UHGV virus genome: UHGV-0382128
DNA from: a virus
DNA: 64,000 nt
Reading direction: 5' to 3' (one strand)
In this document: positions 1 to 8,200 of the stretch, one piece after another
Layout of the letters: every line of letters starts with the position of its first letter
Numbering within the stretch: position 1 is the first letter of the stretch
Program-made: the position numbers and the translations under genes
The notes under the pieces: generated by a model
Seen by the model: only the letters and a program-made list of their open reading frames with translations
What the model was told of the DNA's origin: nothing
The model's database searches: none

Positions 1-59
1 CCGCTACACTCAGGGAGAAGAAGAATGCTAAAGCGCAGATGAGACGCATGAGTTACTCC

Positions 60-470
60 TTAAATTTTAAGTTTATCCATAGCTACAACGATAGGTTTTT
101 CCGAAGTGTCTAATATCCCTACCATCGGTACACCATTTTTGATTTCGAAGAACGGTTTGTTATTGCCAGAGCACAAACGTTTGTCGTTGTATTCGAGACG
201 TTGTGCCTTCCACGTTTCGAGGTTGAGTACGGACATAGGGCTGTCGTAGCACCAGGCCCCACCCTGCTCAACGATGAACACGTATCTGCTACCTTTGTAT
301 TTAAACAGGCTCTTCGCCTGACAGTACAGACCGTCAATTTCTGTACAGTAGAAATCGTCGGTACTATTGACGTACTTAATTCCAGCTGGCAATTGTGTTA
401 TTTTTGCTGATACGTTAACAGAGAACAGAATAGCAATTGCAATGAGAAGAGTGTTGATGATAGTTTTCAT
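60..470 (-). CDS. small secreted protein (N-terminal signal peptide), unknown function
   Basis: ORF 136 aa; hydrophobic N-terminus MKTIINTLLIAIAILFSVNVSA; AGGAG RBS upstream of ATG; four Cys. Confidence 0.6.
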   Translation of the reverse strand: MKTIINTLLIAIAILFSVNVSAKITQLPAGIKYVNSTDDFYCTEIDGLYCQAKSLFKYKGSRYVFIVEQGGAWCYDSPMSVLNLETWKAQRLEYNDKRLCSGNNKPFFEIKNGVPMVGILDTSEKPIVVAMDKLKI

Positions 471-480
471 GATAAACTCC

Positions 481-966
481 TTAGTATTTAGATTGTTCTA
501 CGTACTTCTTAACCAGATAACCGAATTCAGCAACGCCGATTTCGCCGAACCAAACCAGATAACCGGGGTCGATGTTGTAGTAATAACCGACGAGTTTCTT
601 GGTGTGTGGGTTGTATAGCGTTACGATATATTCCCAGCCACAAGCGTTAGCTTTACAGCCACCACTTTCAATCCAGATTTTGTTGTTGATATTTACCGGA
701 TACATGTTACCGCCAGGGCCATCCATGTAACCTTTAGAGCCGAACATTCCATCCAGCCCCACCGGATCTAGTGTTTTATCAACAACACCTTTAAATGACT
801 TATCGGTATCGTACAAGTCGTTGATGTTTGGACACGCATTTGGCTGACCTTCCCGAGCGTTCCCATCGCAGGTAAGTAATTCGTCTACGGAGGCCGCATC
901 TACAGTAGGTGTGGCACCGATAAACAAGAAAACCAGAAAGAACATCAGTGTATGTAAACGTTTCAT
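481..966 (-). CDS. small secreted Cys-containing protein, unknown function
   Basis: ORF 161 aa; signal-peptide-like N-terminus MKRLHTLMFFLVFLFIGATPTVDA; AAGGAG RBS 8 nt upstream. Confidence 0.6.
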   Translation of the reverse strand: MKRLHTLMFFLVFLFIGATPTVDAASVDELLTCDGNAREGQPNACPNINDLYDTDKSFKGVVDKTLDPVGLDGMFGSKGYMDGPGGNMYPVNINNKIWIESGGCKANACGWEYIVTLYNPHTKKLVGYYYNIDPGYLVWFGEIGVAEFGYLVKKYVEQSKY

Positions 967-984
967 TGTGACTACTCCTTTAGA

Positions 985-1377
985 TTATTCAGCAGGACGA
1001 TTTAAAGTAACTCGGCCAATTAATTCGGAGTTATGAAAGAAGTCCACAGCGGTATAGTTACCAACTGATAACGGATGTATGCTAACCGACATGACTTTTG
1101 GTTGTTCACAGGCGATATCGGTCAAACGTTGGTAGACTTGTGCACGGGTGTCAGCAATGAGTAATCCTGTACATGTTTCACCACGTACTAAACGATAAAC
1201 TTGCAGTTTACCGAAACTGCGCATTAACGTAGGTGTCTCATCCGGGTTGATAATCGGTGAGTCAGGAGCGGGTTCGTAATGGTTGACATCCGAACCGCCG
1301 AAAGCGTAAGTGCCAGTAATGCCGATTGCACAGAAAACAATGATAGTATAAAGTATAGTTCTAATATTCATTTTCAC
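985..1377 (-). CDS. small secreted protein, unknown function
   Basis: ORF 130 aa; signal-peptide-like N-terminus (ILYTIIVFCAIGITGTYA). Confidence 0.55.
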   Translation of the reverse strand: MKMNIRTILYTIIVFCAIGITGTYAFGGSDVNHYEPAPDSPIINPDETPTLMRSFGKLQVYRLVRGETCTGLLIADTRAQVYQRLTDIACEQPKVMSVSIHPLSVGNYTAVDFFHNSELIGRVTLNRPAE

Positions 1378-1399
1378 GCACTCTAAAAAAGATTAATAC

Positions 1400-1861
1400 T
1401 TATTTGTTAGGACGGGTGTGTCCACAGTTCTGGAAGAAAGTTTCAGATAGACGTTCGCCTTCTACGGTAAAGTTAGCGGCGTCATTACCATTGATACTCA
1501 CGCTGAAATTTTTGGCATTACCGATAGCATTAACGAAAGCAACCCAAGCGAGTTCTGCTTTGTCACTACCATCCACGGTAGGGATGTTATAGGTTTTGCC
1601 GTTTACGACAATATCCATCGTGTTATCTTCAGCGTTAGTTGCACCTACAGGTTCCCCGTAATACCAAACCATGCGACCGTAAAATTTGCGATTCGCGGTT
1701 TCAGTGTCACAGTTGATAGACAGTCCGTTTCCGGTGGTGTCTTCGATTTCGTAAACTGCCTGACCAGGGTTCTGTATTTGTTCCCAGCTGTTGATAGCGG
1801 CGTGTGCAGTATTGAATCCGAAAGTTAAAATGGTTACTAAGAACGCGATAAAAGTTTTCAT
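1400..1861 (-). CDS. small secreted protein, unknown function (start adjusted from track ORF 1400..1954)
   Basis: Internal ATG at 1861 gives MKTFIAFLVTILTFGFNTAHA signal peptide and is preceded by GAAGGAG RBS; upstream extension in the track lacks an RBS. Confidence 0.55.
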   Translation of the reverse strand: MKTFIAFLVTILTFGFNTAHAAINSWEQIQNPGQAVYEIEDTTGNGLSINCDTETANRKFYGRMVWYYGEPVGATNAEDNTMDIVVNGKTYNIPTVDGSDKAELAWVAFVNAIGNAKNFSVSINGNDAANFTVEGERLSETFFQNCGHTRPNK

Positions 1862-1907
1862 TGAAATGCTCCTTCGGGTTATGGGAAAGTTCCCACAAAT
1901 CATGAAA

Positions 1908-2279
1908 TTAAATGAGAAAGTGGGCAACTCTTTTAATCTGTCTATAACTATCATCGATACCTCTTATTATTTCCAGACGTTCTTCTGAAGAAAGGCATTG
2001 GTTAATGTCTTTGTCAAGATTGAACAATGTCATGAGTTTTGCAATCGAAACTGCCAGGTTGTCCGATAGCTCGTTGTTTTTACGCCATTCTTCGTTACGG
2101 AAAATACAGATAAGGTCTTTCACCTGGTTTTCAGCGAGCGGTTTGGCTAACTGTGCGTCGCGCTGTTCGAGAAGGTATGCTTCGTTGGTAAGTAATTGTT
2201 TCAGGTCTTCTGGGTAAAGGGCAGCGCGAGTAACGATCAGTAATACAACAAACGGGTCTTTGAACAATTCGTTTTTCAT
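1908..2279 (-). CDS. hypothetical protein (start adjusted; track ORF 1908..2330 begins at a GTG inside the leader hairpin)
   Basis: ATG at 2279 preceded by TAGGAGAA RBS; the upstream 17 codons overlap the conserved 5' leader hairpin. Confidence 0.55.
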   Translation of the reverse strand: MKNELFKDPFVVLLIVTRAALYPEDLKQLLTNEAYLLEQRDAQLAKPLAENQVKDLICIFRNEEWRKNNELSDNLAVSIAKLMTLFNLDKDINQCLSSEERLEIIRGIDDSYRQIKRVAHFLI

Positions 2280-2308
2280 CTTTAGTTCTCCTAAAATGGT
2301 TTCGTTAA

Positions 2309-2349
2309 GTGAGAGTAACTGAACTCTCACCTAAGTAATATATATCTGA
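2309..2349 (-). promoter_or_regulatory. conserved promoter-like motif CAGATATATATTACTTAGGTGAGAG plus 5' leader hairpin (GTGAGAGT-loop-ACTCTCAC), copy 1
   Basis: One of six copies of the same element, all on the minus strand immediately upstream of minus-strand genes; preceded by a terminator hairpin and T-run. Confidence 0.55.
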
Positions 2350-2367
2350 AATTATTTTTAATGTTGA

Positions 2368-2403
2368 CGAACAAAAAATAAAAGGTGGGGGTAAACCCCC
2401 ACC
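2368..2403 (-). terminator. rho-independent terminator-like hairpin
   Basis: GGTGGGGGTAAACCCCCACC hairpin directly after the stop of gene 2408..2986, followed on the minus strand by TTTTATTTTTTGT. Confidence 0.6.
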
Positions 2404-2407
2404 GACG

Positions 2408-2986
2408 TTATACATCGAACCGATACTGCCGGGAGTTAATGAGGAACTCAGTATTCAGCTCAATCCATTCGAGTAAATCCCCCAACGGTAATCGGTTTGG
2501 GTTTTCTAACTCGATAGATGCAACCGGATAAGAGTTTACTAATTCCGTAATCGCCTCAATGCCCTCTTGCGTTCCATCGTCTTCTAAGGTGATTGTAAAC
2601 GGCATATCGGTACGTTCCGCATTAGGATTGTACAAACTGACTTTCGTTGCTTGCACAAACGCAGTCAGGTCGTCTCGCATAATGCGAATATCTGGCGCTA
2701 GAACTACCCAGAGATGTTGCCCTGGCTGGAGTTTACGTTTTGCGTAGTTTACGAAAGGACTTGCCGTCAAGTTATCTAAACCACAACAGATGTTACGTAA
2801 ACGAATTCCGCGCGGATCTTTGTAATCCACGTCGAAAATCCCCACAGGTTCATTCGCTGCCCGCTTTATCAGAAAGGCTAATACCGTGTCCGCTCTTTCT
2901 GGTAAGGAAAGCTCTATTCCCTCAAGCTCCCCATCGACGAGATTTTCTAACCAAACGTCTTTTCGCATTTCTATTAATCGGTACAC
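2408..2986 (-). CDS. hypothetical protein
   Basis: ORF 192 aa, tightly packed with neighbours. Confidence 0.5.
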   Translation of the reverse strand: MYRLIEMRKDVWLENLVDGELEGIELSLPERADTVLAFLIKRAANEPVGIFDVDYKDPRGIRLRNICCGLDNLTASPFVNYAKRKLQPGQHLWVVLAPDIRIMRDDLTAFVQATKVSLYNPNAERTDMPFTITLEDDGTQEGIEAITELVNSYPVASIELENPNRLPLGDLLEWIELNTEFLINSRQYRFDV

Positions 2987-2998
2987 GGTTCCACCTCA

Positions 2999-3772
2999 CT
3001 AATAATTAAGTTTTACATCGGCAATAAACAGCAACTGTTTACCGTGTTGCTGCACTTCTTTCCAACCTAGTTTCATAGCAGCGTCAACAACATCTATCAT
3101 GCTGTAACGAGACATCAACGCGGTTGATTTTGTTCCTGACATTAAGTAAAGCGGCTCGTTGGGGCAACGGTCGCGTGCATCAGGAAGTTCCCGAGAGACT
3201 GCTGAGCCTTCGGGTACGGTAACAACATGAATCACGGTAAATGGTCTTTTGTGGGTTAAATAAATACGAAACCCAACGTGTTCAGACTCATGAAAGACTT
3301 TCTTTACAACCACATCTTTTAGTGTCGTCTGAACATCAATCCCAGGTAATATCGTGGATTCGCGAGAAACAAAACAACGACTATTTTCAACCATGGAGAA
3401 ATAATTACGTATCGGTAAACTGGCGTTATGATCGCGCAGTTTTTTGCTCAGTAGATCGAAGTTCAGTTCTTTAACTTTCTCTAGCCATTCTTTGGCTTGT
3501 TGTATGTAATAACTACCAACGGTGCGATAAGTCAATACCTTACCTGTGCTTACTTTCCAAAGTTTAACGCTTAGTGAATTCGGCTTATAGCGACGATACT
3601 CACCCCGCGTATAGTTGATGCGCTCGTAACGCTCTACATCGTCAACGGGCGCAGATTCGATCGATTGTAATTGCAACGTACGATCTAATCTATCGGCGAA
3701 TAGTAGTGATGTTAGCGGACCTTCGATCAAATACGGTTCGGTTTTAAAGATATCATCTAGATGGATTTTCAT
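2999..3772 (-). CDS. hypothetical protein, member of a 4-gene paralog family with conserved C-terminal motif (GW..V.K.G.QLLF.AD)
   Basis: C-terminus AMKLGWKEVQQHGKQLLFIADVKLNY aligns with the C-termini of ORFs 3840..4991, 5023..5577 and 5604..6338. Confidence 0.6.
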   Translation of the reverse strand: MKIHLDDIFKTEPYLIEGPLTSLLFADRLDRTLQLQSIESAPVDDVERYERINYTRGEYRRYKPNSLSVKLWKVSTGKVLTYRTVGSYYIQQAKEWLEKVKELNFDLLSKKLRDHNASLPIRNYFSMVENSRCFVSRESTILPGIDVQTTLKDVVVKKVFHESEHVGFRIYLTHKRPFTVIHVVTVPEGSAVSRELPDARDRCPNEPLYLMSGTKSTALMSRYSMIDVVDAAMKLGWKEVQQHGKQLLFIADVKLNY

Positions 3773-3839
3773 TTCTATTTCCTTCTTAACAAAAGCCGCG
3801 ACTAAAGCGCGGCAGTTAGAGAAAGTCTATTTTTACTTA

Positions 3840-4991
3840 TTAGAGGTCAGCAACAAACAACAGCTGGCAGCCGTACTTTTGTACGTCCGCCCAACCGTAG
3901 TCTTTTCCGATTATAGGTAGATGTAAAAAATCCAGCTTCTCGTCTTTCGCTTTTAGTTTCGCCATTAACGTATTGGACTCCTCAGCACTGAGCAGTAATG
4001 CGGGCTCTTTTTCAGTACGTCCTTCTGCGGTTGGGAAGAAATTGTAATAGCTGCGAGTAGGTAAATCGACAGAAAAACTACGATTGCCTATTCTGGCGAT
4101 GAACGCAACTCCTTCACAGTTAGCATCTACACTACACGACCATCCCGCCTCCGTTAAAAGGTCTTTTAACAGACACCACACTTTAAGTTGGTTCTTAGAA
4201 ACTGTACGGTAAATAGCAAGATGTTCAGGAAGTAAATGTACGCCCATAACCACGTTTTCAGATTTCTCGTCAAGCAACTCTGGATGCTGTATCGGGAACA
4301 ATAATTCAGTGATACCCACGTTATCAATTTTGTTAACAAAATCAGTTAATTCATCTTTTAAGGTACACACGGATTTTTCTCCTTTGTCTTCAATAATCAG
4401 GTGGGGTTCGCCGCTAATTAAAATGTGGTAAACGAGATCGTCAGTAGAACGGTAAGTGAGCTTGATTGCTTTATCACTTAATATTTCGTAGCGGAAGAAA
4501 CTTTCGTACCAACTTGAGCCGAAATCGTTTTGTGTGAGTTCCTGCTCAACTTTGATGGTTTTTGCTTCAAAGCCGATTAACTCGCTTAATAACGCGAGTT
4601 CTTGTTTAGTTAAAATAGCTACACCGTGAAAGGGCACTTGTTCAAGCTGAAAACATAACTTAGTGACTTCACCATTTGGGAAGACCTTAAACATAATCTT
4701 CCGGTTGCTACTCTTTTCCCTAACAACGAGTTTACGGTAATTTAGTCCACAATTTGTGTAAGCCGCGAACTGGTAACCTTCAATTTCTTCATCGGAAGTA
4801 CAGACATCGACAGGCGCGATAATCTCATCGTATTCACTAAGTACACAGCAGCCCAATTTATAACCAAACAACGTATGTTGTAAAAAATAGTCGAGGGTTA
4901 AGCTTGGTAGTGGCCAAGCCCGATTATAGCATCTGTCCATCAGTTCTTTTAGGTACTTGGCATGTCTTGGTTTAGAAATAATATTTCGCAT
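3840..4991 (-). CDS. hypothetical protein, same C-terminal-motif paralog family
   Basis: C-terminus KDYGWADVQKYGCQLLFVADL. Confidence 0.6.
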   Translation of the reverse strand: MRNIISKPRHAKYLKELMDRCYNRAWPLPSLTLDYFLQHTLFGYKLGCCVLSEYDEIIAPVDVCTSDEEIEGYQFAAYTNCGLNYRKLVVREKSSNRKIMFKVFPNGEVTKLCFQLEQVPFHGVAILTKQELALLSELIGFEAKTIKVEQELTQNDFGSSWYESFFRYEILSDKAIKLTYRSTDDLVYHILISGEPHLIIEDKGEKSVCTLKDELTDFVNKIDNVGITELLFPIQHPELLDEKSENVVMGVHLLPEHLAIYRTVSKNQLKVWCLLKDLLTEAGWSCSVDANCEGVAFIARIGNRSFSVDLPTRSYYNFFPTAEGRTEKEPALLLSAEESNTLMAKLKAKDEKLDFLHLPIIGKDYGWADVQKYGCQLLFVADL

Positions 4992-5022
4992 TTTTACTCT
5001 CCTTTAGGGGTTTTTTCGTTAC

Positions 5023-5577
5023 TTAAGCAGGGCAAGCTAAGAACAACAACTGCTGACCGATTTTACGTACGGTATACCAACCGTGGGCTTTAGCGACCGC
5101 GATCAACGTTTCCCAGTCATCAACATCACATTGCTCGTTCCGAAGTTTTGTAAAGAGTGCTTCGGCTTCGTCTTGGTTTAATAACTTACCTGGATTATCA
5201 GGGGTGGTGCCAGAAGGGGTTGGAAAGAAATCGTATTGACGCGCTAAGAGAAAATCAACCAGATACTTGGTGTTCTCTTTATAAACCAGCGTGGAAGTCT
5301 TCCCTTCGTGGAAGAAGCTGCCTGTTTTCCAAACGCTATCTTTCAGTAAGCTCTGAAGGTAATCTGTAAAGCCCGTTCTAAATGGGATATGCGTTTTACG
5401 CGTGATGTTGCGACGCAGCGGGGTTTCCTCTACAGCTTGTACACTTACCCCTACTATCATCGCACCTGGCTGGATAATGGTATTGGTCAGTACGGTATAA
5501 GGACGGACAAAGAAATGTTCGCCTACGCCTTTTTCAAGGGTTTGGATAATTTCATTTTTCAGTTCAGTTTGAAACAT
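5023..5577 (-). CDS. hypothetical protein, same C-terminal-motif paralog family
   Basis: C-terminus KAHGWYTVRKIGQQLLFLACPA. Confidence 0.6.
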   Translation of the reverse strand: MFQTELKNEIIQTLEKGVGEHFFVRPYTVLTNTIIQPGAMIVGVSVQAVEETPLRRNITRKTHIPFRTGFTDYLQSLLKDSVWKTGSFFHEGKTSTLVYKENTKYLVDFLLARQYDFFPTPSGTTPDNPGKLLNQDEAEALFTKLRNEQCDVDDWETLIAVAKAHGWYTVRKIGQQLLFLACPA

Positions 5578-5603
5578 GGTATATTCTCCTTTTAGGTTTT
5601 TAC

Positions 5604-6338
5604 TTACGCGGTTTTAATTAGCAGCAGATAGCCCTTCGTAATCTCAGCACAACTCCACCCTTTTACGGCAGCGACACCACGAAGGTAATTTTCTGTGTGA
5701 TACTGTAAAAACGGATCGTCTGGATTAATCTCAACTAGGTGAGTGGCTTTAGAAATCGTTTCCGCCTCTGGGATTTGTTTTGTTAAGCCTGATGCAATCA
5801 GTTCAATAACGCGGTATCCCTCTAACCAAGAAACATAGATACGTAAACCGTATAACTTACCGTTATCTTTTAAGGGATAAAGACTGATGTCCCGGCCGAG
5901 CAACGTTAATTCTACATCAGTGGGAAGGTTTTCTACATGCTTGATTAACCCTACCCCATGTCTAAACAGTGGGAAGTAAGAGTATAGCGTCAGCATACTG
6001 CTTCCTCCAATAAACGTAACATCGGAAACGGTAGGCGTGCTGGCAATGAGGCGAACATGTTCCGCTACGACTTCAAGTTCGGCGTCACTGATCAATTTAT
6101 AGAATAAAATGACGCTGGTTTCGGTATTAAGAACAAAGAAGAACCGGTTGGCGTGACTGCTTATCGTGTATTCGTCAACCATGCTGTCGATAACGTCACT
6201 GTCTGGATAATCTTCGGGTTTAATTGTTTCAGCAGAGACTAACTTAGCAGGTTGGGATTGCCCTATTAGTTCATTAACCACCGTAGAAGAAAGTTCTAAA
6301 CTGGTGTTAGTAAAGATATCGTCTAATAATTCTCTCAT
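5604..6338 (-). CDS. hypothetical protein, divergent member of the C-terminal-motif family
   Basis: C-terminus AVKGWSCAEITKGYLLLIKTA. Confidence 0.5.
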   Translation of the reverse strand: MRELLDDIFTNTSLELSSTVVNELIGQSQPAKLVSAETIKPEDYPDSDVIDSMVDEYTISSHANRFFFVLNTETSVILFYKLISDAELEVVAEHVRLIASTPTVSDVTFIGGSSMLTLYSYFPLFRHGVGLIKHVENLPTDVELTLLGRDISLYPLKDNGKLYGLRIYVSWLEGYRVIELIASGLTKQIPEAETISKATHLVEINPDDPFLQYHTENYLRGVAAVKGWSCAEITKGYLLLIKTA

Positions 6339-6545
6339 GATTTACTCGCTAATCTCAATAAAGGGGAGTCTATTATTATGGATTGTAAAAGAGGTATAAG
6401 GAAGTCACTACGTTCCTCTGGGAAGAGTATGTCGGTATACTACGTATACCTCCGCTATTTATATCCGTATACATAATGCCCCCTACCCCCTACCGGTATC
6501 CCGAGTAGCAGAATAAAGGGGCAGACTGTAAAATTTTAGTACCTG

Positions 6546-6626
6546 TTATCGGAAGGTACTAAATGGAGTGTAGTCTTTAAGCCGTTTGAGCAGCTCATTG
6601 AGACTTTCTTTCTTTTTAGTAGACAT
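6546..6626 (-). CDS. possible small ORF (26 aa, MSTKKKESLNELLKRLKDYTPFSTFR)
   Basis: Hand-translated; GGGGAGA RBS 6 nt upstream of ATG; lies downstream of promoter-motif copy 2 and its leader hairpin; too short to appear in the ORF track. Confidence 0.3.
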   Translation of the reverse strand: MSTKKKESLNELLKRLKDYTPFSTFR

Positions 6627-6680
6627 GATCTGTCTCCCCAAATGGTTTAATCAATCCGTTTCGAATGAAACGTGTCCGTA

Positions 6681-6731
6681 GGGGCTGAACTGGCACTTCA
6701 GCCCCTATTCACTTAAGTAATATATATCTGA
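6681..6731 (-). promoter_or_regulatory. conserved promoter-like motif CAGATATATATTACTTAAGTGA plus leader hairpin (GGGGCTGAA-loop-TTCAGCCCC), copy 2
   Basis: Same AT-rich core as the other copies; perfect 9-bp inverted repeat immediately downstream on the minus strand. Confidence 0.5.
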
Positions 6732-6759
6732 AATCAATTCCGATCTAAGGAACGTCCCG

Positions 6760-7725
6760 ATGGAGAAATCCAGTGTTGATTTTTTCTCAATTGGTATCGT
6801 CGCGGAAGACAAACCCCGTGGTACAGATCGGGTAAAAGTGATACCAATTGAAACCAACTTTGCTAACCCTACCGTGGTGCAATCTGTTTCTTCAGCAACT
6901 GAAAAGACGCATGAAACATCTGGTGCAACAGATAACCTAACCATTAAGACGGGTAACACGATAACAGCAAAGTGGTGGAAGTTTAACTCCAACCGAATTA
7001 ATTCCCCTGACGTTAAACGAGAAGATTACGTTATCTTGTTACGTTTGGGGAAAACCGATATTTATTTTTGGATTGATCTGAACTTCGCTAACGTTAAGCG
7101 ATTAGAGGATGCGGTTTACGCGTGGTCTGCTGACCCTGAAAACCAGATGGCGGATGACCTGTCCAATGCGTATGTGTTGAATATCTCGACGATTGACAAA
7201 CATATCACGCTAAGAACAAGTATGGTGAACGGTGAGAAAGCGGCGTGGTTGTTTCAGTTTGATAATGCAAACGGTACGTGGCAGTGTGTTGACCATAAAG
7301 GAAACAAGTATTACATTAACTCGGTTGAAGATGATCTCGGGTTTGAGAATGCGATGCTTTCAAAAGTGAACATCAACAAAGAAGATGCGTTCATTTATTC
7401 AAAGCGTTCTATTAACCTGGAAACGAAAACAATTAATGAAAAATGCGAAGTTCGCAATACGGAAGCAGCGAAATCCGTTACGTTTAAAACGCAAACCTGG
7501 TTAACGGAAGCAGGGAGTTCGACAACATTTAAAACGCCGAACTTTAAACAAGAAGGGAATGAAGCGATGTTCACCGGTAATCTGGAAATCGCTAAGAACT
7601 TCAAATACGGTGGTACGGGCAAAGGCGTCGGTGTCTTTACGGTTAAAGATGCCGTTATTTCTGGTATTACCTTTAGCGTTCACATTCACCAAGGTAAACA
7701 TGGCCCGACATCACCTCCACAGTAA
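6760..7725 (+). CDS. hypothetical protein (possibly virion-associated)
   Basis: ORF 321 aa; AAGGA upstream; first plus-strand gene after the divergent point at about 6740. Confidence 0.55.
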   Translation: MEKSSVDFFSIGIVAEDKPRGTDRVKVIPIETNFANPTVVQSVSSATEKTHETSGATDNLTIKTGNTITAKWWKFNSNRINSPDVKREDYVILLRLGKTDIYFWIDLNFANVKRLEDAVYAWSADPENQMADDLSNAYVLNISTIDKHITLRTSMVNGEKAAWLFQFDNANGTWQCVDHKGNKYYINSVEDDLGFENAMLSKVNINKEDAFIYSKRSINLETKTINEKCEVRNTEAAKSVTFKTQTWLTEAGSSTTFKTPNFKQEGNEAMFTGNLEIAKNFKYGGTGKGVGVFTVKDAVISGITFSVHIHQGKHGPTSPPQ

Positions 7726-7931
7726 TTCCCCTTTTTCTTACGTTGTTTTTATATATTGTGACCTGACGTTGGTAAAACTTTTTATCAACACTTTTCTTAA
7801 ACCCATCGTTTAGTTAAGCAGGCCACTTTTTTCGCGCACTCTACTCCTCCCTACGGGGAGGAGCTATCTTATGCTTCGGTTGTAACACACGTCGGTCTTA
7901 GACCACTAACCTTTTGAAATGGAGAGCTGTT

Positions 7932-8141
7932 ATGTCTATTAAAGAGTTCTCTTCTGCTGAGCATATTCCAGAAGAGTTTAAGAAAATCGGTAACGTCAGC
8001 GCTTTCGGCGATACCGTTGATCATGTAACTGGTAAACTGGCTGCTGAAGCCGAAAAAATTGGTGGTGACGCATTCAAAGTTATCGGTATTTCCGGCAACA
8101 ACAAACTGCACGGTAACGCGATTGTCTACAAAAAAGACTAA
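7932..8141 (+). CDS. DUF1471 (YhcN/BhsA/YdgH-like) domain protein lacking a signal peptide (start adjusted from 7914)
   Basis: C-terminal KIGGDAFKVIGISGNNKLHGNAIVYKK resembles the YhcN/BhsA family signature; GGAGAG RBS before ATG at 7932; no hydrophobic N-terminus. Confidence 0.5.
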   Translation: MSIKEFSSAEHIPEEFKKIGNVSAFGDTVDHVTGKLAAEAEKIGGDAFKVIGISGNNKLHGNAIVYKKD

Positions 8142-8146
8142 GCGAA

Positions 8147-8200
8147 AAAAAAACGTGCTACTCCTACCCTCTAAGAGGGTAGGAGGTTACTTTATTTTTT
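8147..8200. terminator. bidirectional rho-independent terminator
   Basis: Hairpin CTCCTACCCTC-TAA-GAGGGTAGGAG flanked by an A-run (5') and a T-run (3'), between convergent genes 7932..8141 (+) and 8192..9454 (-). Confidence 0.7.

Noticed and set aside
1908-2330. Track start codons for 1908..2330, 39689..40234, 24627, 23237 and 1400..1954
   Set aside because: The upstream extensions start at GTG or ATG inside regulatory hairpins or lack an RBS; internal ATGs with AGGAG-type RBS were preferred.
6340-6545. tRNA or other structured RNA gene in the gaps
   Set aside because: No cloverleaf-compatible GTTC-type T-arm with matching acceptor stem was recognisable by eye; this cannot be excluded without tRNAscan.
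6705-6992. ORF 6705..6992 (-) and ORF 7869..8111 (-)
   Set aside because: They overlap the promoter/hairpin region and better-supported plus-strand genes (6760..7725, 7932..8141); no RBS.
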